Assembly: GCA_051531975.1 (NCBI GenBank)
Contig: JAOPTT010000006.1
Location: 654,977 to 718,976, forward strand
Length of the DNA: 64,000 nucleotides
Reading direction: 5' to 3'
From: Spirochaetaceae bacterium
GTDB lineage: Bacteria; Spirochaetota; Spirochaetia; DSM-2461
Shown: positions 19,655 to 29,265 of the stretch, piece after piece
Layout of the letters: every line of letters begins with the position of its first letter
Position numbering within the stretch: position 1 is the stretch's first letter
Notes under the pieces: generated by a model
Databases searched by the model: none
The model's input: only the letters and a program-made list of their open reading frames with translations
Told to the model about the DNA's origin: nothing
Made by a program: the position numbers and the translations under genes

Positions 19655-20243
19655 AATCTATAAAGTATGGTACTGATGAAGATCCATATAGCTATAAAGA
19701 TACTGACATATTAATTAATAAACTGGATATAAGATCTAATATCACATTAGAAAATATTGAAGAAGAGATTTCTACCTTAGCTGTAGGTGAAATTGATTTT
19801 GCAACTCCTCCCTATAATTCTAAATATTGGCAGAACATTCATGAAATACTATTTAAGGACTTATATAATTGGGCTGGAGAGTTTCGAACAGTTCATATTA
19901 CTAAAGGTTCAACAGTCTTTTCAATCCTCTATATATAGATCAGGAGTTAAATAGGATTTTTACTGACTTAAGTAGAAATAAATATTTTGTAGATTTACCA
20001 GTTGCACTATTAGTTACGAACATAGCATAATTATATATTGAGTTGAATATAATTCATCCTTTTAGAGAAGGGAATGGACGTTCTCAGCGCATATTATTTG
20101 ATCATATGTTAGCAAACTGTGGATATAAAATTGATTGGGGTAAAATATCAAAAGATCACTGGTTAGAAGCTAATATTTGCAGAGTAGACCTTAACTACAA
20201 GCCAATAGAAAATATTATGTCGGATTGTTTAGTAGAGTTTTAA
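19651..20243 (+). pseudogene. FicT-like adenylyltransferase toxin, disrupted
   Basis: 'DPYSY', 'IHEILFKDLYNWAGEFRTVHITKG', 'HPFREGNGRSQR'; split by a frameshift and a stop around 19920-20030. Confidence 0.85.
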
Positions 20244-20502
20244 TTATTTGGTGTATAAAATTACATTTCTAATTTCCTAGGGAGTTAATTATCCTAGCTC
20301 TATCCACAAACCCCTAACATATACTTCTAATGAAACCAAAACAAATGCATTTAATGTTCTAGTTGCTATCACATTCAATTTGTAAACTCCTAATAATATT
20401 ATGCAATATGAATATCAACAATAATATATCAATTTGCGATATTATTTCTAATTATTTTATTAAATCTTTCTATTTCTTAGTGTCCTTATGTTATCTCTTT
20501 TG

Positions 20503-20661
20503 TGTGACCAAAACTGTGACCAATTGAAATACAAAGCCGTACTAAACCATACAAAGCGATACAAAGAGTCGACGACCTAAGTTACTAAAGGGTATAAAGT
20601 TATACAAAGAGAGACAAAACCGTACAAATAAAAGACGAGGATTCGATTCCCTCCACCTCCA
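20503..20661 (+). repeat. att-like unit 3
   Basis: TGTGACCAA x2 (20503, 20515); phased motifs at 20530/40/50/60 and 20593/603/613/623; core GACGAGGATTCGATTCCCTCCACCTCCA at 20634-20661. Confidence 0.9.
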
Positions 20662-20669
20662 AAAACTAG

Positions 20670-20718
20670 ACTCTTGTAATTCTATATATACAAAAGAATT
20701 ACAAGAGTTTTTCTTTTT
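20670..20718 (+). terminator. Intrinsic terminator following core 3
   Basis: Same 14-bp stem as at 10046 (20670-20683/20695-20708) plus T-tract. Confidence 0.8.
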
Positions 20719-20731
20719 ATAAATATTTCAA

Positions 20732-20839
20732 TGTAGCCAGTATGTAGCCAATACGAATAGAAAATGGTCGTTGAAACAGCATTTAAAGCACTCTAGAAGC
20801 TTAAAAAAGTACAATATTCCCAGTGTAACCCTCCACCTC
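20732..20839 (+). repeat. Downstream arm with secondary degenerate core (module 2)
   Basis: TGTAGCCA(G/A) x2 (20732, 20743), ending in TAACCCTCCACCTC; homologous to 10108-10215. Confidence 0.8.
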
Positions 20840-20916
20840 TTGCTATGTAAAAGCAGTTAGTATATTAACTGCCTACAGAATCTATCTATGATGGACCATA
20901 TTGTCTAGACTAAATG

Positions 20917-21270
20917 TCAGCCACAAATCTTAATTTGTTTTTCTTTATTATATAAATTATAAAAATATGCTTCATCTGGTGTTCTTTTCCTAAGGGAATT
21001 ATGTGGTCTTCTTAAGTTGTATTTATCAATATATCTATTAATTCCTTGAATCGCTTCTATTGGATTTTCATAATCTTTTAAATAAACTTCTCCATATTTT
21101 AATGTTTTCCAGAATCTTTCGATTGTGATACTTTCTGATTCAGAAGTATCTGGGAAAAATAATCCTAAACAGCGGAATATAATTTTTACAATACTGATAG
21201 GCATATCTCTAAATACAACATCAAACATTAGGATAGCCATTGGAGTTCCTTGATTAGATATAAACATCAT
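20917..21270 (-). mobile_element. IS3-family transposase C-terminal remnant
   Basis: 'IERFWKTLKYGEVYLKDY...YIDKYNLRRPHNSLRKRTPDEAY'; N-terminus missing. Confidence 0.8.
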
Positions 21271-21351
21271 ATATAACTAGCTAATAAAAACTTCCTATAA
21301 CATATAAAATTTAGAATTGTAATAAAGCATTATCCACTATATTATAAGTAT

Positions 21352-21669
21352 ATGAATCAGGATAAAAAATTAGAAAAAATCAAGGACATAATAGTCGAAA
21401 CTGTACATCCAGATAAAATTATACTTTTTGGATCACGAGCCAATGGTACAAATAAAGACGACAGTGACTATGATATCTTTATACTAAAAAATGGTATTAC
21501 TAATGAAAGAACCATAATTGGTGATGTCAATGTTGCCCTATTTAGGAATCATATTATTGATGATATTGATATTGTCGCAGCTAATCCTGAAAAATTTGAA
21601 AAACACAAAAACAATGACTATTTAGTTTATAAAGATATTTATAACCAGGGAATAACTATTTATGGATAA
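21352..21669 (+). CDS. Minimal nucleotidyltransferase (MNT)
   Basis: 'IILFGSRANGTNKDDSDYDIFI' (GS...DxD). Confidence 0.9.
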   Translation: MNQDKKLEKIKDIIVETVHPDKIILFGSRANGTNKDDSDYDIFILKNGITNERTIIGDVNVALFRNHIIDDIDIVAANPEKFEKHKNNDYLVYKDIYNQGITIYG

Positions 21670-22042
21670 GAGCATTGATCCAAAAGAATGGTTGAACAGA
21701 GCTTATGGTTGTTTGCTAAGGGCGAGAAAACCTATTGAAGAAGGTATGTACTATGAAGACTTCTGCTATGACTGCCAGCAAGCAGCTGAAAAAGCTCTTA
21801 AAGCCCTAATCGTTAGATTAGGTCTAGATCTACATAGAACCCACTCTTTTAGAAAACTTCTTAACGAATTAACAAAAAGAATAATTATTCCTGAATCAAT
21901 ATTTGATGTTCTTAAAATTGAAGTATATGCAGTAACAACAAGGTACCCAGATGATTTTATTGAAGTATCTGAAAATGAATATAGAGAAGCATTAGAAATT
22001 GCTCAAAGAGTATATGACTGGACTTCAGAAAATATAAAATAA
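21662..22042 (+). CDS. HEPN domain protein, partner of the MNT
   Basis: 'CYDCQQAAEKALKAL', 'RTHSFRKL', 'YAVTTRYP'; overlaps the MNT stop. Confidence 0.9.
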   Translation: MDKSIDPKEWLNRAYGCLLRARKPIEEGMYYEDFCYDCQQAAEKALKALIVRLGLDLHRTHSFRKLLNELTKRIIIPESIFDVLKIEVYAVTTRYPDDFIEVSENEYREALEIAQRVYDWTSENIK

Positions 22043-22273
22043 ACTTCTATAAAATCTTACCTTTAGATGAATATAACCATTATTATTGTTTAAACCTTGT
22101 ATTAGATAAATACTAAAAAGTTACGAATTCCGTAAATTTACTAAATTCGAATCACTTCAGGTGTAGAGTTACGTTTCATTGTAACCAAAATTGGATAGCC
22201 ACAACCACTCTATTGTTCATTATGATGCAGTATTGTTTCCTAGAAAGCGAAAGTACTATGTAATCTTGTCAAA

Positions 22274-22432
22274 TGTAGCCAATATTGTAGCCAAAACCCA
22301 GACAAACTGATACAAAACAGTACTAAACTATACAAAGTCTAAGACATCTAAGTTACTAATCTGTATAAAGTTATACAAAATAAAGCAAAGCGATACGAAA
22401 GCTATTGGAGGTTTCGATTCCCTCCACCTCCA
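22274..22432 (+). repeat. att-like unit 4
   Basis: TGTAGCCAA x2 (22274, 22286); phased motifs at 22301/11/21/31 and 22364/74/84/94; core GGAGGTTTCGATTCCCTCCACCTCCA at 22407-22432. Confidence 0.9.
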
Positions 22433-22434
22433 TT

Positions 22435-22770
22435 TTAAGACTTATATAAATCTTTTATTGAAGTGATTAGCGTTGGAATTGTTCTTGAAACAGTTGTCCA
22501 AATTATTTCATAATCAACAACATCATAACCATGAATTAATCGATCCCTCATACCAGCCATAGCTTTCCATGGAATACTTTTATTTGATTCTCTAAAATCA
22601 TCAGGGATTCGCTTACTAGCTTCACCAATAATCTCCAAACATCTTATTACTGCAAATTGAGTTTTTTCATCGTATTTGAACTCATCTTTTGATAGTCCCT
22701 TTATAAACTCTTGGGTTAATTCCATAGATTTTAAAATATCGTTAAGATAGACCTTAAAATCTTTTTTCAC
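22435..22770 (-). CDS. hepT: HepT-like (DUF86) RNase toxin
   Basis: 'LEIIGEASKRIP', 'IPWKAMAGMRDRLIHGY' (Rx4HxY). Confidence 0.9.
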   Translation of the reverse strand: MKKDFKVYLNDILKSMELTQEFIKGLSKDEFKYDEKTQFAVIRCLEIIGEASKRIPDDFRESNKSIPWKAMAGMRDRLIHGYDVVDYEIIWTTVSRTIPTLITSIKDLYKS

Positions 22771-23063
22771 AGATATTGAACCTCAGATAATATAGATTCA
22801 TTAATTATAGGTTTGAGTGAAGATTTTAGGACGAGATCAACTGTAGTATTTAGATCTTCAGTAAGTTCCTGCTCTAATGTAATAAGATCAAAAAGATCCA
22901 TTTTCGAGGGCCTAGACAAATCAATGAGTATATCAACATCACTGTTAGCATTTTCTTCACCTCTTACATAAGATCCAAAGATACCTATTTCACTAATACC
23001 TGATTCTAGTAATCTCTTTTTCTTTTTAAGAAGTGTATCTTTGATGATGTTTAAGTCTGTCAT
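22767..23063 (-). CDS. mntA: MntA-like adenylyltransferase antitoxin
   Basis: 'IFGSYVRGEENANSDVDILID' (GSx10DxD); 4-nt overlap with hepT. Confidence 0.9.
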   Translation of the reverse strand: MTDLNIIKDTLLKKKKRLLESGISEIGIFGSYVRGEENANSDVDILIDLSRPSKMDLFDLITLEQELTEDLNTTVDLVLKSSLKPIINESILSEVQYL

Positions 23064-23191
23064 ATATCCCTCTTACTAATATTATACTACTGCTAATTTT
23101 ATTTAAATAGAAGTAATTAAAATTTTACTTGTCTATTCAAACCTAATATTGAATTATCTACTGCAGATGTCATTAGTGCACATACTGTAAA

Positions 23192-23348
23192 TGTAGCCAA
23201 TATTGTAGCCAAAACCAATTCAAAATGGTACAAAACAGTACTAAACTATACAAAGTCTATGGCTTCTAAATTACGACTCTATATAAAGTTATACAAAATA
23301 AAGCAAAGACATACGAAAGATATTGGAGGTTTCGATTCCCTCCACCTC
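23192..23348 (+). repeat. att-like unit 5
   Basis: TGTAGCCAA x2 (23192, 23204); phased motifs at 23219/29/39/49 and 23282/92/302/312; core at 23325-23348. Confidence 0.9.
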
Positions 23349-23381
23349 TAAAGATGTACTTTTTTTATTTAAACAATCTAA

Positions 23382-23484
23382 GTAGCCAAAACAAATTCAA
23401 AGGCATACAAAACCGTACTAAGCGATACAAAAATAAAGGCACCTACCCCTACACAGTATATAAAGTCATACAAAACCATATTAA
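23382..23484 (+). repeat. Partial att-like unit 6 (arm only, core lost)
   Basis: Single GTAGCCAA; phased motifs at 23396/406/416/426 and 23459/69/79; no TTCGATT core. Confidence 0.75.
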
Positions 23485-23536
23485 GGTAGCTAATATATCT
23501 AAAGCTGAATACCCATGCTATATGTTGATATAGTTT

Positions 23537-24925
23537 TTATACGTCTTTATATGCTTTTACAAGTTGTTCCATAGCACTTCTACCATCACCAAAAAACATT
23601 AAAGTATTATCTGCAATGAATAGTGGATTAGGAATGCCGGCAAAACCAGGTCTTAAACTTCTTTTTATAACTATAACTGTTTTAGCACTATCAACATTTA
23701 AAATAGGCATACCTGATATCGGATTATTCTCTTCACGGGATATTGGATTTACAACATCATTCGCTCCAAGAACAATTACTACATCCATATCTTTAAATCT
23801 TGGATTAATAATATCAAGCTCCAGTAATTTGTCGTAAGAAATATTCTCTTCTGCAAGTAGAACATTCATATGACCAGGCATCCGTCCTGCTACGGGGTGA
23901 ATGCCAAATACAACATTAACACCTCTTTTCTCAAGATCTTCTGAAAGGATACGAACCATACCCTGAGCGTGGGCTACTGCCATACCATACCCAGGAACAA
24001 ATGCAACATTTCTTGCTGATTCTAAAAGCATAGCAATCTCTTCGGCTGATGTCGATTTTGTTTTACCACTATATATGTCCCCTTCATCCACCTGTTTGAT
24101 AATTGCACCAATTCCTCCAAAAAGAACATTAGAAAGAGATCTATTCATAGCTTTACACATTATTCTCGTCAAAATAATACCCGATGCTCCTACTAGTGCT
24201 CCAGCGATTATAAGAACATGATTTGAAAGTACAAAACCAGTAGCTGTAGCAGCTAAACCTGAGTAAGAATTTAGAAGTGCTATAACTATTGGCATATCTG
24301 CACCACCAATTGCAATTACAAGAAAAATACCTAATAGCCCTGCTATTGCTACTAAAACCCAATAATATATTGTTTGATCAGGTTTCTTAATTATAAGAAC
24401 TCCAACAATTATAGACATTAGAAACAGTAGTATTTTTACAGACTGTTCAAGTTTGTATCTAACTGGTTTATCACTTACTATTCCTTGAAGTTTTCCAAAA
24501 GCGATAAAACTTCCTGTAAAAGTAACAGAACCTATTAATCCAGATATTACAACAGAAATTAATAATAAATTGGATGGATTCATACCTGGAAGAGAATACT
24601 CAATTAAAACAGCACCAGCAACTAGAAGTGAAGCTCCTCCACCTAATCCATTAAATAGACCAACCATTTGTGGCATAGCTGTCATTTTAATTTTTACAGC
24701 TGAAATAACTCCAATAACCGAGCCAATTAGTATCCCTAATATAATCAGGTCGTAGCTAATAATCTGTCTGTTCAACAAAGTAATTATTATAGCCAATAAC
24801 ATTCCAACTGCACCCAAAAAGTTTCCACGTACAGCACTTTTGGGATGAGATAATCCCTTTAATCCCAAAATAAACAGTGTTGCTGATAGTAGATAAATAA
24901 AGTTCACAAACGCGGGTGATATCAT
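23537..24925 (-). CDS. pntB: NAD(P) transhydrogenase beta subunit
   Basis: 'MPQMVGLFNGLGG', 'PGYGMAVA', 'HPVAGRMPGHMNVLLAE', 'GANDVVNP'. Confidence 0.97.
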   Translation of the reverse strand: MISPAFVNFIYLLSATLFILGLKGLSHPKSAVRGNFLGAVGMLLAIIITLLNRQIISYDLIILGILIGSVIGVISAVKIKMTAMPQMVGLFNGLGGGASLLVAGAVLIEYSLPGMNPSNLLLISVVISGLIGSVTFTGSFIAFGKLQGIVSDKPVRYKLEQSVKILLFLMSIIVGVLIIKKPDQTIYYWVLVAIAGLLGIFLVIAIGGADMPIVIALLNSYSGLAATATGFVLSNHVLIIAGALVGASGIILTRIMCKAMNRSLSNVLFGGIGAIIKQVDEGDIYSGKTKSTSAEEIAMLLESARNVAFVPGYGMAVAHAQGMVRILSEDLEKRGVNVVFGIHPVAGRMPGHMNVLLAEENISYDKLLELDIINPRFKDMDVVIVLGANDVVNPISREENNPISGMPILNVDSAKTVIVIKRSLRPGFAGIPNPLFIADNTLMFFGDGRSAMEQLVKAYKDV

Positions 24926-25206
24926 TTTTTACCCCTTCCAAATTTCTTTAACATTCTATGGGTAACTACAAAACCTCCAACTACATTTATAGTTGCAAAT
25001 ATTACTGCTATAAGTCCTAGTACTGTTGTTAAAGTAGTTATCTGACTACCGGTTGATAAAATTGCACCAATTAATGATATACCTGATATTGCATTTGAAC
25101 CGGACATAAGGGGTGTATGCAGGATTGGGGATATTTTTGTGATAACCTCAAAACCTACAAAAATTGCCAAAACAAATATTATTAAAAGAACAACAAAATT
25201 TTCCAT
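24922..25206 (-). CDS. pntA: NAD(P) transhydrogenase alpha subunit, part 2
   Basis: 'LHTPLMSGSNAISG', 'NVVGGFVVTHRML'. Confidence 0.95.
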   Translation of the reverse strand: MENFVVLLIIFVLAIFVGFEVITKISPILHTPLMSGSNAISGISLIGAILSTGSQITTLTTVLGLIAVIFATINVVGGFVVTHRMLKKFGRGKK

Positions 25207-25207
25207 G

Positions 25208-26329
25208 TTACCTCCACTCACCCTCTCTGCATATTAATGTTTTCTCTATAATTTCATCTTCCATATTCATGTTTAATTCACCATCTTTAATTAGAAGATG
25301 TATAAAATTTGATATGTTTTTTGAATATAACTGACTGGAGTGGTTTGCAACTTCTGAAGGTAGATTAGTGCTTCCGATAATTTTTACGCCATCTATGTCT
25401 TTTATTTTATTTGGTTCTGTTAATTCACAATTACCTCCCCCCTCTGCTGCTAGATCTATAATTAGACTCCCTTGAGACATACTGTGTACCATATCGGCTG
25501 TTATTAGAATCGGAGCTTTTTTACCTGGAATAAGTGCTGTTGTAATAACGACATCAGATGCTTTTATAGATGCTGCTAAGAGCTCCCTTTGTTTATCATA
25601 AAACTCTTTATCCATCTCTTTTGCATAACCACCTTTATCCTCTGATCCCCCGGTCTCTAGATCAAGTTCAAGGAATTTAGCCCCAAGACTTTCAACCTGC
25701 TCTTTTGCAGCCGGTCTTATGTCATAACCTGTAATTAGTGCTCCAAGTCTATGGGTTGTAGCTATGGCCTGCAGTCCTGCAACTCCAGCACCTATAACCA
25801 ATATTTTAGACGGAGTAATAGTACCTGCCGCTGTCATCATCATCGGGAATATTTTATGAAGACTATCTGCTGCGATTATAGCTGCTTTATATCCTGAAAT
25901 TGAGGCCATTGAGGATAGAACATCCATGCTCTGGGCTCTTGATATCCTTGGAATCAGTTCAAGCGCAAAGACATTGAGTTTTTTCTCTTTTAGTAAATTT
26001 TTAAACTCTTTCATATTATATGGATTCATAAGACCAATTACTGTGGCCTTATTTCTTATGATATTTATATCTTTTTTTCCCTCTATAGGATTTGAAGCAC
26101 CAGCACGAACCATTATTAGTATATCGGATTTATTAAATATCTCTTCGCGGCTCTCTGTAATAGTGGCCCCTTTCAAACTGTATAGTTCATCTTTAAACCC
26201 TGCGTTTAAACCGGCACCACTTTCGATTAGAACGGAAGAGCCTGCTTTAATGAGTCCTGCAACATGTGCTGGAACCAGTGCAACTCTATTTTCATTTGGG
26301 AAACTTTCTTTTGGAATACCAATAATCAT
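25208..26329 (-). CDS. pntA: NAD(P) transhydrogenase alpha subunit, part 1
   Basis: 'IGIPKE...ENRVALVP', 'PRISRAQSMDVLSS', 'GAGVAGLQA'. Start placed after the GGAGG RBS. Confidence 0.95.
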   Translation of the reverse strand: MIIGIPKESFPNENRVALVPAHVAGLIKAGSSVLIESGAGLNAGFKDELYSLKGATITESREEIFNKSDILIMVRAGASNPIEGKKDINIIRNKATVIGLMNPYNMKEFKNLLKEKKLNVFALELIPRISRAQSMDVLSSMASISGYKAAIIAADSLHKIFPMMMTAAGTITPSKILVIGAGVAGLQAIATTHRLGALITGYDIRPAAKEQVESLGAKFLELDLETGGSEDKGGYAKEMDKEFYDKQRELLAASIKASDVVITTALIPGKKAPILITADMVHSMSQGSLIIDLAAEGGGNCELTEPNKIKDIDGVKIIGSTNLPSEVANHSSQLYSKNISNFIHLLIKDGELNMNMEDEIIEKTLICREGEWR

Positions 26330-26811
26330 AATCTGATCCTCCCAGTTAAATTGTAATCTGGTGAATCTAAAATGCAATGTTTTTTATTCTGATACTCGTT
26401 TGACGCACCATTATACTCATAAGTAACTTCAATTTAGTTTGACACTCAAGATACTTAAATTCAAAATAATTACTAATTATATTTTGAGAATCAAGATAAA
26501 TAAGAAGTTCACGTGGTAGTAAAAAATTTATATAAGTCTAAATATTAATTAAAAATTTTATATATTAGGTGTGAATATTATTTTGAATATTAAATTAAGT
26601 CATCAATTAAGATAATTAACTTTGGTATTGATCGGGTAACAGTCGTCTATATTATCTCATAATCAATAACATCATAACCGTAAGTTAGTCTATATCTCAT
26701 CCCAGCCATTTATATCCAAGGTATAAAACTGTTCAATAAATTAAAGCCTATGTTAATTCTTTTCTCGAGCTAACATGGGCTTTAATCTTTATGACAGCTT
26801 ATTACTTTCTT

Positions 26812-29205
26812 TTATACCCTTGTAGGAATAACATGGGTTTGCGGAAAATTCAGCTGACTTCCTGCTAAAATCTGAGATACAAATGTTATATCCAAATCAA
26901 GAGTTATTTTTAGAACATCTTCAATTGTTTCAACAAGTGAAAATTTTAACTGTTCACGAATTTCTTCTGGAATATCGTTTATATCCTCTTTATTGTCTTT
27001 AGGAAGAAGAACATGTTTTATTCCAGCTCTATGGGCTGCAAGAACCTTTTCTTTTAATCCACCTATTGGTAGAACATCTCCGCTTAGGGTTAATTCACCT
27101 GTCATAGCAATATCAGAGGAAACATTTTGACCTGTCAACAATGAAACAAGTGATGTGAACAGTGTAATACCTGCTGAAGGTCCATCTTTTGGTGTTGCAC
27201 CGGATGGGACATGAATATGAATATCATTCTCGTCAAAATTAAAAGTTCCGGTAAGATGGAATAGTCTTGAACGAATTAAACTTGAAGAAATTATGGCAGA
27301 TTCTTTCATTACATCACCAAGCTGTCCTGTTAGGATCAGATTACCCTTTCCTTTCATCACAGCTGTTTCAATAAATAGAATTTCACCACCAACCGGTGTC
27401 CATGCAAGACCAGTAACAATTCCAGGTAGATTTTTATCCTTAATCCTATCATGCCTGATCTTTTCTTTTCCAAGAATATCGGTAATATTTTCAGTATTTA
27501 CATCATATGGTTTCCCTGTATCATTAGAAACTAACTCTACGCTTGAATATCTTACTATTTGAGTAATTTTCTTCTTTAAACCTCTGACCCCTGCTTCTCT
27601 TGTGTATTTGTCAATTATGATATTAATTACATCATCTGATATTGTAATTTTATTGTCTACAATACCGTGTTCTTCATAAACTGCTGGAACTAGGTGGTTC
27701 TTTGCTATGTGAAACTTCTCATTATTTGTATAACTTGATATTTCAATAACTTCCATTCTATCAAGAAGTGGAGCAGGTATTGTATTTAGAGAATTTGCAG
27801 TAGCAATAAATAGTACATCTGATAAGTCATATGGTACTTCAAGATAGTGATCAGAAAAAGAATTATTCTGTTCTGGATCTAGAACCTCAAGTAGTGCTGA
27901 AAATGGACCACCACCATTGGATGTTGAAAGCTTATCAATTTCATCTAGAACAAATACTGGATTCTTTGATTTTGCTTTTTTAATTCCTGAAATGATTCTT
28001 CCTGGAAGAGCTCCGATATATGTTCTCCTATGTCCACGAATTTCTGCTTCATCTCTAACACCACCAAGACTTGCTCTTACATATTCACGATTAAGAGCCT
28101 TAGCAATACTTTTACCCAGACTGGTTTTACCTGTTCCAGGAGGACCTACTAATAAGATAATAGATCCTTGTTTCTCTTTTTTAAGTTTTAAAACAGCAAG
28201 ATGCTGTATAATTCGTTCCTTAACTTTATCAAGACCAAAGTGTTCTTCGTTTAAAGTCTTCTTTGCATCTTCAAGATTTATATCAGTCAAATCTTTTGTC
28301 TTCCATGGTAACTCTATTAATAAATCTAGATAGTTTTGAATAATAGAAGATTCAGATCCATTTAATCCAACATTTTCAAGTTTTTTTACTTCAGATAAAG
28401 CAACCTTTATCACATCAGAAGGCATTCCAGAAACTTCAATTTTATTTCGATACTCTTCAAACTTATCTGCGTTTCCTTCTCCTTCATCAAGTTCTTTTTG
28501 TATTGTCTTCATCTGCTCTCTTAATAAATTTGTACGATATTGTTTTGTAGTTTTTTCATTCATTTTTTGAGATAGTTCAATTTGAAGATTAATTCTTTCA
28601 TCATTTTTATCTAGTATATCTATAAAATTCAAATATTTACTTTTAAGTGTAGCTGATGTTAGTAGTAGTTGTTTATCTTTTAAACTAACATCCATAAATG
28701 GTAATAAAGATTCTATTATACGATCTAGATCATGAAGCTTTTCTAAATATAGAATAAACTCTTCGGCACCTTTGAATTTTTTACCTGTATCACGTATATG
28801 TTTTTTTATTTTATTCAATAAAACAATTTCTTCGTTTTTAGATAAATCAACTTGGCAATTAAAATCAGAATACGTTGAAAAACACAAATCGCCTTCTAAT
28901 TCCATATCAATGATATTAACAAGGGATTGTCCCTGAACATCAACAATATATCCATCCTCTAACTTTTTTATTTCATTAATGACTAAAGTAGTCCCTACTT
29001 CGTAGAAATCATCCTTCTTTATTCCTTCTAAATTTTTACTTTCCGTAGTTTTTGCTGAAAGTGCTATTGTAGTAATCTCAGAACTACCTTTATACCCATT
29101 AAGTATCTGAGCCATTCGACTGTTTACTTTTACTTTAGCTTTTGATCCCGTATAAATTACAGTGTCAAAAACTGGAATTATCATCGCTTTATTTTTGTTA
29201 TTCAT
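26812..29205 (-). CDS. lon: Lon protease (endopeptidase La)
   Basis: Walker A 'GPPGTGKTS', 'IRGHRRTYIGALPGRI', catalytic 'PKDGPSAG', 'GGLKEK'. Confidence 0.97.
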   Translation of the reverse strand: MNNKNKAMIIPVFDTVIYTGSKAKVKVNSRMAQILNGYKGSSEITTIALSAKTTESKNLEGIKKDDFYEVGTTLVINEIKKLEDGYIVDVQGQSLVNIIDMELEGDLCFSTYSDFNCQVDLSKNEEIVLLNKIKKHIRDTGKKFKGAEEFILYLEKLHDLDRIIESLLPFMDVSLKDKQLLLTSATLKSKYLNFIDILDKNDERINLQIELSQKMNEKTTKQYRTNLLREQMKTIQKELDEGEGNADKFEEYRNKIEVSGMPSDVIKVALSEVKKLENVGLNGSESSIIQNYLDLLIELPWKTKDLTDINLEDAKKTLNEEHFGLDKVKERIIQHLAVLKLKKEKQGSIILLVGPPGTGKTSLGKSIAKALNREYVRASLGGVRDEAEIRGHRRTYIGALPGRIISGIKKAKSKNPVFVLDEIDKLSTSNGGGPFSALLEVLDPEQNNSFSDHYLEVPYDLSDVLFIATANSLNTIPAPLLDRMEVIEISSYTNNEKFHIAKNHLVPAVYEEHGIVDNKITISDDVINIIIDKYTREAGVRGLKKKITQIVRYSSVELVSNDTGKPYDVNTENITDILGKEKIRHDRIKDKNLPGIVTGLAWTPVGGEILFIETAVMKGKGNLILTGQLGDVMKESAIISSSLIRSRLFHLTGTFNFDENDIHIHVPSGATPKDGPSAGITLFTSLVSLLTGQNVSSDIAMTGELTLSGDVLPIGGLKEKVLAAHRAGIKHVLLPKDNKEDINDIPEEIREQLKFSLVETIEDVLKITLDLDITFVSQILAGSQLNFPQTHVIPTRV

Positions 29206-29226
29206 AATGTCCTCCAAATCTAATAA

Positions 29227-29249
29227 AGTTAGTTAATACTAACCTAACT
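29227..29249. promoter_or_regulatory. Putative MarR operator upstream of lon
   Basis: GTTAATACTAACCTAA, similar to the dyad at 29700. Confidence 0.5.
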
Positions 29250-29265
29250 ATATTATTAAAAAAAA

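Noticed and set aside
9880..23348. CRISPR array interpretation of the repeated units
   Set aside because: Units are ~157 bp, separated by 0.9-9 kb of genes, and no cas genes are present.
10016..23348. Functional tRNA or tmRNA genes at the cores
   Set aside because: Only the T-loop and acceptor 3' strand are present. No 5' acceptor strand, D-arm, anticodon arm or tag frame is seen upstream of any copy.
9880..23348. Classical integron attC sites
   Set aside because: The units are built of direct repeats, not RYYYAAC...GTTRRRY palindromes, and no intI is in the window.
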